Counted from the first letter of the stretch, positions 1 to 9,920 are shown. The stretch: 64,000 nucleotides of DNA from an uncultured Candidatus Woesearchaeota archaeon (GCA_963835585.1 CAWIGF010000001.1:34184-98183), one strand, 5' to 3'. Notes: a model not told the origin generated them from the sequence alone. Translations and numbers: made by a program.

Positions 1-10
1 CAACAAATGA

Positions 11-850
11 ATGGAAGACATAATCAAAAAAGCGATTGAAAAAATCAAGACCAAGAAATGGAAGAACTTAGATGAAGATATAATAAAAGAAAAAGTAACA
101 GAATATCTAACGAAAAATCCAAAAATCAAAATAAATGAACTCAATGAGAAGAGCTCTGAGTTCAAAAAAATAATAAAATTCGTGAAACAGCAACTACACA
201 GACCATATGGCGCATTCCAATCGGATATCTCTAAAAGAAACAGGTTGTTTGAGAGATTAAAAGAGAACATAAATGACGAGGAAATAAAGAGAGAAATTCT
301 CTTGACTCATTCCTCGACGAGGGAACGGCTCGATTTCTATGACGAATTAAAAAAAGAATTAAGCCAATATATAGAGGGAAAAACAATTCTTGATATCGGC
401 TGTGGCCTGAATCCTCTAGAATTCGATGAAAATGAAATCATTGCAGTTGAATTCAACAAGGAAGATATTGATTTATTGAATGAATATTTCAAATTGAGAA
501 ACAAAAGAAGCAAAGCAATACTTTTGGACCTGAATAAGAAAGAAAATATGGAGAAATTGAAAAACATAAAGACAGATACTGCCTTTGCCTGGAAATTATT
601 CGATATCCTTGGCACAAAAATAACAGAGAATATCGTAAAAAGCATCAACGGATGCTATCTAATCGCAAGCTTTTCCACCAAAACATTGGGAAACAAGCGA
701 ATGAACGTCCCGCGAAGAGTCGGATTCCAGAAAATGCTCAGAAGGCTAGATCTTGGGTACAAAACGACACAAATAGGGAATGAGATATTCTACATCATTG
801 AGCTCAATAACGTCTCAAATGACCATAAAATGGCTTTAAACCCAACCTAA
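11..850 (+). CDS. Putative class I SAM-dependent methyltransferase
   Basis: Glycine-rich SAM-binding motif DIGCGLNPL followed by acidic residues in the 279 aa ORF. Substrate unknown. Confidence 0.45.
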   Translation: MEDIIKKAIEKIKTKKWKNLDEDIIKEKVTEYLTKNPKIKINELNEKSSEFKKIIKFVKQQLHRPYGAFQSDISKRNRLFERLKENINDEEIKREILLTHSSTRERLDFYDELKKELSQYIEGKTILDIGCGLNPLEFDENEIIAVEFNKEDIDLLNEYFKLRNKRSKAILLDLNKKENMEKLKNIKTDTAFAWKLFDILGTKITENIVKSINGCYLIASFSTKTLGNKRMNVPRRVGFQKMLRRLDLGYKTTQIGNEIFYIIELNNVSNDHKMALNPT

Positions 851-962
851 GCCAAATACATAAGCTTATAAACTAGCCCAATAGTATATACTATAGTATA
901 CAATAACGTACTTCTAGTATAGTTATGCAGTATAACTAATTGAGAACGGGTGAATAAATACC

Positions 963-1127
963 ATGGGTTTTAACGAAGGAAGACGAAACAGTTTCGGACC
1001 TCGAGAAATGCACAAGGCAACTTGCGCAGATTGCGGTAACGAATGTGAAGTCCCATTCAAACCAGCAGAAGGCAGACCAGTTTACTGTCGAGACTGCTAT
1101 CCAAAACACAAGAAACCACAATTCTAA
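963..1127 (+). CDS. Small zinc-ribbon protein with a CxxC-x17-CxxC motif (54 aa)
   Basis: Not in the ORF track because it is under 60 aa. Translation from the sequence: MGFNEGRRNSFGPREMHKATCADCGNECEVPFKPAEGRPVYCRDCYPKHKKPQF, with two CxxC pairs. AT-rich promoter-like region with palindromes upstream. Confidence 0.55.
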   Translation: MGFNEGRRNSFGPREMHKATCADCGNECEVPFKPAEGRPVYCRDCYPKHKKPQF

Positions 1128-1293
1128 GATAATATCAAGGAATTACTGATTTTTTGTCTATTTTTTATTTTTACTTTATTTCTAAATTGTTATTGCATAA
1201 AAAAGGGATAAGCACTTGTTTATCTTTGCAATGACCAATTTAAATTATTTATTTCTTAGCGCAGCCTGTGCATAGGAAAGCACAAACTTTTTA

Positions 1294-1959
1294 ATGCCTG
1301 ATTCACGCGTAATCACAATGATACCTTCATTCATCACTTGGTTTGTGAATTACTTTCTTCACCTGGACCAGCATCTTAGTGTACTGATAAGCACTTATGG
1401 AGCATGGGTCTATGCCATTCTTTTTGCTATCATATTCTGCGAGACGGGGCTTGTTGTGACGCCGTTCCTTCCAGGAGATTCATTGATTTTTGCCATCGGG
1501 ACGTTCGCGGCTATCGGTTCCTTGAAAACTTCGTTTATATTTTTCCTGCTTTTCATAGCCGCAATTGCAGGAGACAACGTCAATTACTGGATTGGAAGAT
1601 TTGTTGGCCCAAAGGTATTCAGGAGCAAGAAATCAAGAGTATTCAACATAGAATACCTCCACAAAACGCATAAGTTCTATGAAAAATACGGCACAAAGGC
1701 AGTAATCATAGCAAGATTCATGCCCATCATACGAACATTCTCGCCTTTTGTTGCAGGAATAGGAAAGATGGAATACGGCAAGTTCTTCGGGTTTGACTTT
1801 ATTGGAGGTTTGGCGTGGGTCAGCCTATTCTTGTTCGGTGGTTATTTCTTCGGCAACATTCCTATCGTCAAAAACAATTTCGAGTGGGTCATTGTTGGAA
1901 TAATTATCCTGTCATTGCTTCCTGCGATAATTACATACATAAGAAACAAGAGGAAATAA
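1294..1959 (+). CDS. dedA: DedA/SNARE-associated family membrane protein
   Basis: Motif VVTPFLPGDSLIFAIG, multiple transmembrane segments, 221 aa. Confidence 0.8.
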   Translation: MPDSRVITMIPSFITWFVNYFLHLDQHLSVLISTYGAWVYAILFAIIFCETGLVVTPFLPGDSLIFAIGTFAAIGSLKTSFIFFLLFIAAIAGDNVNYWIGRFVGPKVFRSKKSRVFNIEYLHKTHKFYEKYGTKAVIIARFMPIIRTFSPFVAGIGKMEYGKFFGFDFIGGLAWVSLFLFGGYFFGNIPIVKNNFEWVIVGIIILSLLPAIITYIRNKRK

Positions 1960-2231
1960 TCATTATGCATCAGCGCCAGATCTTCTATTTATGACGGTAA
2001 TTTTTGAGTAAGGCGTTTGGTGTTTCTTATATTCATTTTCATCGGGATTTTTATTATGTGTTTGTAAAAGTGAATTTTCTATCTTAGACATTTCATACGA
2101 TTCAGATAAGGATACCATCGAAAACATATCAATTAAGCCAGTAGCCTTGATTTCAGAAATGACTTTGTTCAGGATTTCTTCGATATGGACGTCAAGAAAA
2201 CACTGCGTTGTTGAGTTATTTGCATCAATCA

Positions 2232-3299
2232 TTATTTCTTTTTCTTATGTGCCGAATGTTTTTTCCCTGCCTTGTGCTCATCCTTTTCTTCCTTGTGCAA
2301 GAAAGTTATTTTCTGATGCAGCTTGGCAATATTTTCCCTGTTGATGCTGTTCTTGATCAGGGTATATGCGGTAAATATAGAAATCAGGGCAGCCGCTATC
2401 GAAGCTACAAACAAAAGATTGTTCTTTATCGCACTACCAAGAGATGTCTGGGGTTTTTGGGAACTCATCAAAGAATCACTTATATCACTAAGTCTTGTTT
2501 GTATGACTGCCATCGTCGCGACAGCTGATTGATAATCACCGTTGATCAACGATGTCTGTGCATTTGCCAAATAAGTCGACACTTCCTGAAGGTCGTTCGC
2601 CACAAAATCGCTGACAGTATATCCATTGTTCTTCTTATCATCATATTGCTGTGTAAGAGAATTATATTGTGTGTTTAACTGCGTAAGATTGAGATTCAGC
2701 TGGGTTGCGTTGTATGTCTGAACCTGTTGCTGTGCTTGTGCGGCTACTGATACCTGGCTCACAAATCTATTCAATAAAACACCATTGGATGAAACCTTGA
2801 TAACAAGATCAATCTGACCTGATTTGGTTATGTTTGTGTTCACGAACACATAATCTTTGTCTCCTGCGACAAGTTGCTGGATTGGTATCGCGCTTATTGT
2901 TTCGACACCATCCCCTGATATGTCCGCGCTGATGTTGCTCAAATCGACAGTTCCTGTATTCCTGAACAACACATTGATTTCGCTAACGCCTTGCGTAGTA
3001 TCGGCTGGCGCCATTTTGTCAAGAGTTAATCCTATTGTGCATACAAATCCCGGATCATGACAATTCATGTCTTGGCAAACAACACAGCCTTTATCGCATT
3101 CATTTGCATTGCATGTAATTTGAGGAACCTGACTCTGTTGTGAAGATGATTCATTAGAAACAGAACTTTGATTGCTGACAACAGTCTCGTTTATATGTGT
3201 GACGTTCGTATTTGCCTGCGTTGCATTTGTATCATTATCCGCATGAACCAACGAGAACAATGCCAGCAGAACGACAAAAAACACAAGTGAGCGCTTCAT
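2232..3299 (-). CDS. Secreted or surface-anchored hypothetical protein
   Basis: N-terminal signal peptide (MKRSLVFFVVLLALFSLVHA), many N-X-S/T sequons, Cys-rich segment, C-terminal transmembrane helix plus a basic tail. Confidence 0.5.
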   Translation of the reverse strand: MKRSLVFFVVLLALFSLVHADNDTNATQANTNVTHINETVVSNQSSVSNESSSQQSQVPQITCNANECDKGCVVCQDMNCHDPGFVCTIGLTLDKMAPADTTQGVSEINVLFRNTGTVDLSNISADISGDGVETISAIPIQQLVAGDKDYVFVNTNITKSGQIDLVIKVSSNGVLLNRFVSQVSVAAQAQQQVQTYNATQLNLNLTQLNTQYNSLTQQYDDKKNNGYTVSDFVANDLQEVSTYLANAQTSLINGDYQSAVATMAVIQTRLSDISDSLMSSQKPQTSLGSAIKNNLLFVASIAAALISIFTAYTLIKNSINRENIAKLHQKITFLHKEEKDEHKAGKKHSAHKKKK

Positions 3300-3344
3300 A
3301 TAATTTTGTAAAAGTGTTCAATTTAAAAACCTTACTAATAAGAT

Positions 3345-4100
3345 TTAATAACCGAACCAGAAGAATTGCCTGTACCCGAAGAACTTGTTGGTGTACACCA
3401 TCTCTGTCACGTTTTCGTTGTATGAAACGACTCTTGATTTATTCACGTAAATGTAATCAGTCACGTTCTTGAGTTCTTGTATCTGGTGAGGAACCTGCTG
3501 TATTGCATATGTAATTGGTTCCAAATAGAAGCATTTCTCCCTGTGTGGAGGAGTAGACGTTTGCAACGAGCAAGAGATCGTGTCTGAAGGAGCAAGTGAA
3601 AGTGACCAGTTGAATATTGTACTTGAATACGCATCAATAGTCTTTTCTTCGTCAGATCCATCCTCAACATTTCCGTTTCGTGTGTACTGAAGGTGGAAAA
3701 TGAAATCTCCTGCAATATCCTCTTGATTTGTCACATTGAACGTGCATATTCCCATGCTCTGCCCGTTCTGGACATTTTGTGTATAGGCCGTTGTGAATGT
3801 GTAGTTGTAATTCATCTGCTCGCATCGAGTAGGTCCGTATGGCGTCTTTTCAGTCGTGTATGTTGTCTCAGTCACTTCTTTCTCGACGACGATTGGTTCC
3901 TGCGTCAAATATGTCTGCGTTTGTTGCTTTGTAACTTCGACAACCTGTGAACTCGCATACGCAGAAGTTAAAACATAAAGTATCACAATAACGACAATCC
4001 ATAAAATGATTCGTTTGAGCGGAGAATTACGCGAAGGAATTTTCCTGTTGTCTGACTTGAATTCAGGTTTTTTTGCGTTTGATTTTTTTGATTGCGCCAT
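3345..4100 (-). CDS. Membrane-anchored hypothetical protein
   Basis: Basic N-terminus followed by one transmembrane helix (ILWIVVIVILYVL) and an extracytoplasmic domain with sequons. Confidence 0.45.
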   Translation of the reverse strand: MAQSKKSNAKKPEFKSDNRKIPSRNSPLKRIILWIVVIVILYVLTSAYASSQVVEVTKQQTQTYLTQEPIVVEKEVTETTYTTEKTPYGPTRCEQMNYNYTFTTAYTQNVQNGQSMGICTFNVTNQEDIAGDFIFHLQYTRNGNVEDGSDEEKTIDAYSSTIFNWSLSLAPSDTISCSLQTSTPPHREKCFYLEPITYAIQQVPHQIQELKNVTDYIYVNKSRVVSYNENVTEMVYTNKFFGYRQFFWFGY

Positions 4101-4158
4101 GTGAAATACCTATATGACTGAGTAAATGTCAATATTTAAGCTTTTTGTAACACCTTGT

Positions 4159-4707
4159 TTATATATCCACAAATACTCTGTGCTTCTCAGTGCCTTCCAG
4201 CTCAAGGAGAATTCGCTTGATTACAATTTTCTCCGGATCGGGCATCAACTTTATTCTAGCCTTCAAATCCGCAAATGACTCGAACGGCTTTCCTCTTCGT
4301 TCTTCGATTATCTCCCACATGTGTTTTTTTCCGAGACCAGGAAGCAATTCAAGCTGGTGCATCCTTGTTGTCAAAGGTTGTGCCTGGTTGAAGAATGCAA
4401 CAAATCTTGGCTCGTTCTTCTGAACGATATCTTTGATCACGAACTCAAGTTCGGAACGTGCCGTCCCTGTCAACTTGTCCAGATTTATCTTTCCTATTAT
4501 GTGATGTATCTTGTCCCGTTTTCCTTCGCCGATGTAAATTTCCTCTAATGGCTGTAAGAAAATATCTTTTTTTGGAACTAATTCAAGAAGCGTAAAATTT
4601 TCCAAGCCCATGGCTTGCACTATTGGAGTCTTCTTGTGACTCGGGCGCATATCGTTCGGATATCCGTTTTTCAAAAAATCCAATACTATTGCTTTTTCTT
4701 CCTTCAT
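4159..4707 (-). CDS. DUF655/COG1491-type predicted nucleic-acid-binding protein (OB-fold plus HhH)
   Basis: 182 aa. Position directly downstream of rpoF and rpl21e is conserved in archaea. Contains an HhH-like LLPGLGKK motif. Confidence 0.55.
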   Translation of the reverse strand: MKEEKAIVLDFLKNGYPNDMRPSHKKTPIVQAMGLENFTLLELVPKKDIFLQPLEEIYIGEGKRDKIHHIIGKINLDKLTGTARSELEFVIKDIVQKNEPRFVAFFNQAQPLTTRMHQLELLPGLGKKHMWEIIEERRGKPFESFADLKARIKLMPDPEKIVIKRILLELEGTEKHRVFVDI

Positions 4708-4724
4708 GATCGGACATTCTCTCC

Positions 4725-5075
4725 TTACTTTTTGAATTCTTTAATGACATCTGCAATCTTAGTTATGTTTTCGTTCGTTATCGTTACTGAATATGCGCTT
4801 AACACCAATTTTACATCTTCAGGATCAGCAGGAAGCACATCAAGCAACTTAGATATGTGCTCTGGCTTTAGTCTGGAAATGGCAAGCGCCTCTATTTTTT
4901 TCTTGAGCTCGTCTGCTTGCTTATGGCTGAGCTTCGCAAACTTTTGCAAGTACTCTTCTGTCTTGACTGCACGGAATCCCAATTCACCGTCACGTGCCTT
5001 GATATCCGCTAATGATTTCTGCAAATCATATATGCTGATTGGTTCCTCGTTTGTTATCTTGACGTTCATGATCAT
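4725..5075 (-). CDS. rpoF: DNA-directed RNA polymerase subunit Rpo4/F
   Basis: 116 aa. Central helical region (EYLQKFAKLSHKQADELKKKI) resembles archaeal RpoF. Conserved rpl21e-rpoF gene order. Confidence 0.7.
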   Translation of the reverse strand: MIMNVKITNEEPISIYDLQKSLADIKARDGELGFRAVKTEEYLQKFAKLSHKQADELKKKIEALAISRLKPEHISKLLDVLPADPEDVKLVLSAYSVTITNENITKIADVIKEFKK

Positions 5076-5368
5076 GCACCTTGGTATTTTCTCAAATGGA
5101 CTGGATGTACAATGAGGCTCTTCTTTTTTCCCATGTCCTGGATCTCAACGACATAGCATCGACCCTGCATGCCAGTGACCTTTGCTGGTTTTGCATGGAA
5201 TCGCCTGAAATACATGCCGCCGTGAATTGCCGGTTCTGCCTTAAGCAGGACCTTGTCCCCCTTGGCAAACTTCTGAAAGTATCTTGTGAGACTGAACTTG
5301 CCCCTATTTCGCGGAGCCTTGCCTAATATGTCCCGTGTTTTTTTCCTGCTTCCACCCATTCGTTTCAT
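5072..5368 (-). CDS. rpl21e: 50S ribosomal protein L21e
   Basis: 98 aa basic protein with L21e-like signature (GDKVLLKAEPAIHGGMYFRRFHAKPAKV). Stop/start overlap with rpoF. Confidence 0.85.
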   Translation of the reverse strand: MKRMGGSRKKTRDILGKAPRNRGKFSLTRYFQKFAKGDKVLLKAEPAIHGGMYFRRFHAKPAKVTGMQGRCYVVEIQDMGKKKSLIVHPVHLRKYQGA

Positions 5369-5692
5369 GATTTCTCTCCCTGTAATATCTAGCGACTTAA
5401 ACTACCCCTCTTTAAAAAGGATACGTACCTGTATTTATAAAAATAACGATTACATCGCTTTAAATAGTTTTCTATGGTGTTTTTAGACATAATACTAAAT
5501 AAAAAAACATCCGAAAAGACGCGAATTCCTGTTTGAATTCAGGAGCGATGATTCAAGAAACACACCTTGTTTGAATCAAAACAAATGGTGCGAAAAGTTT
5601 CGACTGAAAGAGTACGAAACGAAGACTCAAAATTCGTTTAGAAACATTTATATATTAAGAGAGGCACATTTTTTTAAAGACAAGGAGGAAGT

Positions 5693-6112
5693 TTGGGCAT
5701 GAGCATATTCCATAAAATTAAAAACAAATTGACTGGCGATTCTGATTTTGAAATTCCTGAGGAAGTTGACAAGGATTTCCTTCATGTCGATTCTGAACAA
5801 CCAAATAGCAAGGCAAAAGTGGTTTTGCGACCTTATATTCTTGAAGATTTTGACGATGTAAAACCAATCCTTGACTCATTGAGAGAGGGTTACACTATTC
5901 CTTTGATAAATATAAGACCTCTAAAGGACAAAGATCTTGTCGAATTGAAGCGAGCAATAAACAAATTGAAGAAAACATGCGATGCAATCGAGGGAGATAT
6001 CGCAGGATTCGGAGAAGACTGGATCGCAGTTGTTCCCGCATTCGCTCAAATCTACAGAGAGAAGAAGGAATTGCCTGTCGCCGAGAAAGCTGAGCGATAC
6101 GACAGATACTAA
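5693..6112 (+). CDS. sepF: SepF-like cell division protein (DUF552)
   Basis: C-terminal core (VVLRPYILEDFDDVKPILDSLREGYTIPLINI ... DIAGFGEDWIAVVP) has typical SepF topology. ftsZ is present in the window. Confidence 0.55.
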   Translation: MGMSIFHKIKNKLTGDSDFEIPEEVDKDFLHVDSEQPNSKAKVVLRPYILEDFDDVKPILDSLREGYTIPLINIRPLKDKDLVELKRAINKLKKTCDAIEGDIAGFGEDWIAVVPAFAQIYREKKELPVAEKAERYDRY

Positions 6113-6199
6113 TTTTTCTGAAAAATTTTATTTGACAGAAATTGTCATGATAATTTCCTAATCACAACTTTTATAAATTTAATTCTTGGTATTTCGCTT

Positions 6200-6751
6200 A
6201 TGGCAGACGAAGAACCTGAAGTATTGTCCGGACAACCGTGTCCTTTCTGTCACCAGAGCACGCTTACATTAACTGAACAAAAAAAAGAAATCCCTTACTT
6301 CGGAGAAGTCTATGTATTTTCCATGAGCTGTGAGAACTGCAAATACCACAAAGCGGACTTGGAATCTGTTCAGAATCATGAACCGACGCGATTCACTCTT
6401 GAAGTCTCGAGCGAGGAAGACATGAACATACGGATCGTAAAAGCATCAAGCGCGACTGTAAAAATTCCTCACGTCGTCACAATAGAGCCGGGAGAAGCTG
6501 CCAACGGATACATAACAAATGTGGAAGGGCTGTTGAAGCGAGTGAAGTATCAGATTGAAACCGCTCGGGATGCTGCAGAAGAAGATGAGGAGATCACTAA
6601 AGCAAAGAATCTTCTTAAAAAATTAGGCAGAGTAATGTGGGGACAGGAGAAAATAAAGATAATACTTGAGGATCCTGCTGGAAACTCGGCAATCATTTCT
6701 GAGAAAGCTGTCAAGGAACCTTTGAAAGGAAAGAAAAAAGAAGAATCATAA
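6200..6751 (+). CDS. ZPR1-type zinc-finger protein
   Basis: Two CxxC pairs (CPFC ... CENC) followed by a ZPR1-like beta-rich domain, 183 aa. Confidence 0.65.
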   Translation: MADEEPEVLSGQPCPFCHQSTLTLTEQKKEIPYFGEVYVFSMSCENCKYHKADLESVQNHEPTRFTLEVSSEEDMNIRIVKASSATVKIPHVVTIEPGEAANGYITNVEGLLKRVKYQIETARDAAEEDEEITKAKNLLKKLGRVMWGQEKIKIILEDPAGNSAIISEKAVKEPLKGKKKEES

Positions 6752-6763
6752 TCTCTAATTAAA

Positions 6764-6847
6764 GCGGGATTGCCGGAGTGGTCTAACGGGCGCGATTCAG
6801 GGTCGCGTGGCTTAGTGCCTTCGCGGGTTCGAATCCTGTGTCCCGCA
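6764..6847 (+). tRNA. tRNA-Leu(CAG), class II with long variable arm
   Basis: Hand-folded. Acceptor GCGGGAT/GTCCCGC, 3-bp D stem, anticodon stem CGCGA/TCGCG with loop TTCAGGG, long variable arm, T loop TTCGAAT. CCA not encoded. Confidence 0.75.
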
Positions 6848-6887
6848 TCAATACCTTTAATAATTAGAACATAGAAAAATGATTTAC

Positions 6888-6971
6888 GCGGGATTGACAG
6901 AGTGGTCAAATGTGCTTGGCTAAGGACCAAGTGGCTTAGTGCCTGCGCAGGTTCGAACCCTGCATCCCGCA
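6888..6971 (+). tRNA. tRNA-Leu(TAA), class II
   Basis: Hand-folded. Acceptor GCGGGAT, anticodon stem CTTGG/CCAAG with loop CTAAGGA, T arm GCAGG-TTCGAAC-CCTGC, 3' end ATCCCGCA. Confidence 0.75.
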
Positions 6972-7042
6972 TCGCACTATAAGTTACATGCGGCAGAAAA
7001 TAGCACTGGTTTGGAGTTATGGGTCAGTGCATGCATCCCGCA
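6972..7042 (+). repeat. tRNA-Leu 3'-flank unit ending in a second copy of the tRNA 3' terminus (GCATCCCGCA)
   Basis: Sequence ...ataagttacatgcgg..agcactggtttgga..gcatcccgca. A homologous unit follows repeat copy 2 at 10114-10184. Confidence 0.6.
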
Positions 7043-7132
7043 CGATTTATAAATCTTGGTTTTACTTTTTTCTAAATGCCAAAATCACAAAATATATAAA
7101 TACCAATATATTGGTATAAACATACCAAATAA

Positions 7133-7732
7133 ATGGTTAGCATGATAACAGACAAGAAATTGCGAATATTAAGCACATTCGGTCTCCAAGAAGTCCTGAC
7201 GTTCAAGGACATCAAGAAGCGGGCAAAGCAGAAGTCTAACAACGCCATACAGCTTGCTTTGAAAAACTTCATGAAACAAGGCATCATAGCGAAGCGCCAT
7301 GCAGGCAACGTATTGCTATATTCTCTTAATGCTGGCAATAGCACGGCACAGGCATACCTTGAAGTATTGAACAATGAGAAGATTTCATCATTACCTAAAG
7401 AAGCATTCATAATACAAGACAGGCTCTTGAAGAAGACAGCATTATTTATTCTGCTGGTCTTTGGAAGCTATGCGAAAAAAACAAACACCAAAACATCTGA
7501 CATTGATGTTGCGGTCATAACCGAGCAAAAGAAAGATATCGCTCCAATCTTGGAGACAATCAAACGACAAGAACTGCGACACATCGATTATCATATATTT
7601 ACGCAGGATGAATTCATAAGCATGCTTCATGAAGACCAGGAGAATCTTGGAAAGCAAATCTATAAAAACTGCCTAATCGTCTATGGGTACATCCCTTACA
7701 TCAATCTGGTGAGCAATGAAAGACATCGCTAA
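7133..7732 (+). CDS. Minimal nucleotidyltransferase (MNT) with N-terminal winged-helix domain; toxin-antitoxin-type component
   Basis: Nucleotidyltransferase motif GSYAKKTNTKTSDIDVAVI. Overlaps the downstream HEPN gene. Confidence 0.75.
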   Translation: MVSMITDKKLRILSTFGLQEVLTFKDIKKRAKQKSNNAIQLALKNFMKQGIIAKRHAGNVLLYSLNAGNSTAQAYLEVLNNEKISSLPKEAFIIQDRLLKKTALFILLVFGSYAKKTNTKTSDIDVAVITEQKKDIAPILETIKRQELRHIDYHIFTQDEFISMLHEDQENLGKQIYKNCLIVYGYIPYINLVSNERHR

Positions 7733-8195
7733 ACTATATTTGCAACGTGCAGAGAATGAACTGGCCGCGGCAGAGATATTGTATACCATTTCCAGTGATG
7801 CAAAGATTCAGAAAGAGCAGTTCAAGCTTGAAGAAAATTTTACATTTTATAGTGCGGTCATAAGTCATGCATACTACTCCATTTTCTATGCTGCAAAAGC
7901 AATCCTTGCAGAGAACAACATAAATACAACTGCTCCTGAAGTCCATAAGAAGACGCTTGATGCATTTGAAATACATCTTGTTAAAACGGGAAAACTTGAC
8001 GTTGACTTGCTGAAAATCTACAAGGAGTTAGTTGTCAGGGCCGATGATCTCTTAGGAATCTTTTCTTTGGAAAAAAAGAAAAGAGGAGAATTCACATATC
8101 AGAAATTGCCGCAGGCGAACAAGGAACCGGCAAAAGAATCGTTCGACAATGCATCGTCGTTCTTCAAGAACATCAGGAAAGTCCTTATTGGCTGA
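7716..8195 (+). CDS. HEPN domain protein, partner of the upstream MNT
   Basis: All-helical 159 aa protein. Overlaps the MNT gene by 17 nt, the classical MNT-HEPN pair arrangement. Confidence 0.65.
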   Translation: MKDIAKLYLQRAENELAAAEILYTISSDAKIQKEQFKLEENFTFYSAVISHAYYSIFYAAKAILAENNINTTAPEVHKKTLDAFEIHLVKTGKLDVDLLKIYKELVVRADDLLGIFSLEKKKRGEFTYQKLPQANKEPAKESFDNASSFFKNIRKVLIG

Positions 8196-8210
8196 TTTTT
8201 AATTAATCTA

Positions 8211-8402
8211 ATGGAGCAGACTAATGCATGCTACTTAATGGATAATGTTTCCTGTGAGTTCATACCAAGAAGATTCAGAAGGCGCTCTCATATTGTTACG
8301 TTTAAACTCAACGAAAAAGAATTCTTGCTATTAGAAAAACTGGCTCCACACGGCGAAAAATCATCTTATATCAGGGAGAGGGTTTTTCAAACAATTTCTT
8401 AG
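8211..8402 (+). CDS. Small ribbon-helix-helix-like protein
   Basis: Beta strand IVTFKL followed by two helices (EKEFLLLEKLA..SSYIRERV). 63 aa. Confidence 0.35.
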   Translation: MEQTNACYLMDNVSCEFIPRRFRRRSHIVTFKLNEKEFLLLEKLAPHGEKSSYIRERVFQTIS

Positions 8403-8423
8403 GGTAGGGCAATATAAAAAAAA

Positions 8424-9197
8424 TTAGGAAGTTTTCTCGACTGTGTGGATATTGATATTTGCACCTGCTGTTGGAGAATATGATGCAGGGATAGTTATAT
8501 TCGTTCCCCATTGTGCATATGAGATAAGCCCAGAATTATCAAAGCAGAATGTCTGTGTCATGTTGGAATACATGCCTTCATAACACGTTCCAAATCGTGT
8601 ATCATTGTGTGTTTCAAGTGTTTCGAGTTGAATGGAATTCAGGAATGATGACGTTTCATTCTTTACAGATGTATCAATGTTGGGAGGCATTTCTTGAACA
8701 CATGAGGGCGGAGCTTCTGTTGAATTGAATGAGCATCCGCAATCATAACCAAATGTTTTATCAGTACAATCGGGGCTTTGTGGATCCCGAACTACGGAAG
8801 GCAGGCATACAGATGATGTCATCAAATCATATGTGCAAAGTCCATTATTTTTCTCATATATTATGTTCTGTTCTCTGCTCTCATCAGGAAACCCGTTGAA
8901 ATAAGAATACCGTTCTTCGAAAGCGGAGATTTGGTCGTTAGTAACTTCTATTGAAATTATTGATTCATCGTCGATATTTGTAGAACCAGATCCGAATGGT
9001 TCCCATTCACGGATGTATTCCCTCATTTCATAGTTGCTCACATAATTAGATGGCGATATACTGAGTGCAAGTTGTAAATTAGAAAGCATTGTCGAGTCTA
9101 TGGAACGTGTACTTACGTTCTGGCTTGCAATAGGGATTATATTTGTTTGGGTGCAAGCCATCAAGAACAACACAGCAATGAGAAATAATCGTTTCAT
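8424..9197 (-). CDS. Secreted Cys-rich hypothetical protein
   Basis: Signal peptide with lipobox-like LFLMAC, Cys-rich middle region, sequons. Confidence 0.45.
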   Translation of the reverse strand: MKRLFLIAVLFLMACTQTNIIPIASQNVSTRSIDSTMLSNLQLALSISPSNYVSNYEMREYIREWEPFGSGSTNIDDESIISIEVTNDQISAFEERYSYFNGFPDESREQNIIYEKNNGLCTYDLMTSSVCLPSVVRDPQSPDCTDKTFGYDCGCSFNSTEAPPSCVQEMPPNIDTSVKNETSSFLNSIQLETLETHNDTRFGTCYEGMYSNMTQTFCFDNSGLISYAQWGTNITIPASYSPTAGANINIHTVEKTS

Positions 9198-9261
9198 ACA
9201 ATGCCATCACTGAACACATTATATAAAAGTAACGGCAGTTTGTAACTGCTAAATCTGAGCA

Positions 9262-9343
9262 AAAACCACAAGATATAAAAACTCCAGCACAGTCCATATC
9301 ATTGAAATAAACCATTTATAGCCTTTGGTGGTTTATACTTATG
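9262..9343 (+). repeat. Repeat copy 1 of the ~100 bp cassette-boundary repeat (lacks the tRNA 3' core)
   Basis: Sequence aaaaaccacaagatataaaaactccagcacagtccatatcattgaaataaaccatttatagcctttggtggtttatacttatg. About 95% identical to copies at 10011 and 11304. Confidence 0.8.
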
Positions 9344-9393
9344 AGCCAATTCTATTCTCTAAAAATAGAAAAAATCATCAAGATATCAGCGAA

Positions 9394-9705
9394 TTATTTC
9401 ACTTCAAGAACAATATGTTTCACATCAGGAACAGAAAGAAATATTTCTTCTCCTTTCTTCAAATCAAGGCTATTAACCACATTGCTGTTGAAATAAATTC
9501 CAAGTCGTTTTCCAGATAATTTGACGATTTTTTGTTTTATTTTAAGCGGACCTTCGCGCAGTTCTGAAAGAACTTTCTGGGATGAAGATGGTTCAAATTC
9601 GAAATAATTGCAGTTAGAACATTGATAGCTAATTGCTTTCTGTGAAGCTCCGTGTACAGCGACTTCTACTTTTCTCAATTTATTTCCGCAGTTTGGGCAT
9701 TTCAT
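9394..9705 (-). CDS. Zn-ribbon plus AbrB/MazE-like protein (putative antitoxin or regulator)
   Basis: N-terminal CPNC...CSNC zinc ribbon. C-terminal swapped-hairpin-like segment EEIFLSVPDVKHIVLEV. Adjacent to the 70 aa gene. Confidence 0.4.
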   Translation of the reverse strand: MKCPNCGNKLRKVEVAVHGASQKAISYQCSNCNYFEFEPSSSQKVLSELREGPLKIKQKIVKLSGKRLGIYFNSNVVNSLDLKKGEEIFLSVPDVKHIVLEVK

Positions 9706-9707
9706 AT

Positions 9708-9920
9708 TCAGTTCACCTTTTTTGCATTTATGACAATTAGTGTATTTTTTCTGATTTCGAATAGTATATAATATTCGCCATCTTCAATCTCATATTTTGT
9801 TCCCTTTTTTCTCGGGTTTTTCGTCTTGAATATGATTTCTACGACTTTACTCCAAGGAACATCAGTGGCATGATGCTCTAAATAGTGTTCGCCTGGTTGT
9901 ATGCCTGTAAAATAAATCAC
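9708..9920 (-). CDS. Small RelE-fold-like protein (DUF4258-like?), putative toxin
   Basis: 70 aa. Precedes the Zn-ribbon/AbrB gene by 2 nt on the same strand. Palindrome gtactacacttttgtagtac lies in its promoter region (about 9925-9945). Confidence 0.3.
   Translation of the reverse strand: MIYFTGIQPGEHYLEHHATDVPWSKVVEIIFKTKNPRKKGTKYEIEDGEYYILFEIRKNTLIVINAKKVN

Noticed and set aside
855-960. Palindrome-rich AT-rich tract upstream of the CxxC small gene (tatatactatagtatac etc.)
   Set aside because: Probably ordinary promoter or low-complexity AT-rich intergenic sequence. No repeat copies elsewhere in the window.
9079-9315. 78 aa ORF overlapping repeat copy 1
   Set aside because: It lies within the non-coding repeat unit, which is present in three copies without conserved coding potential.
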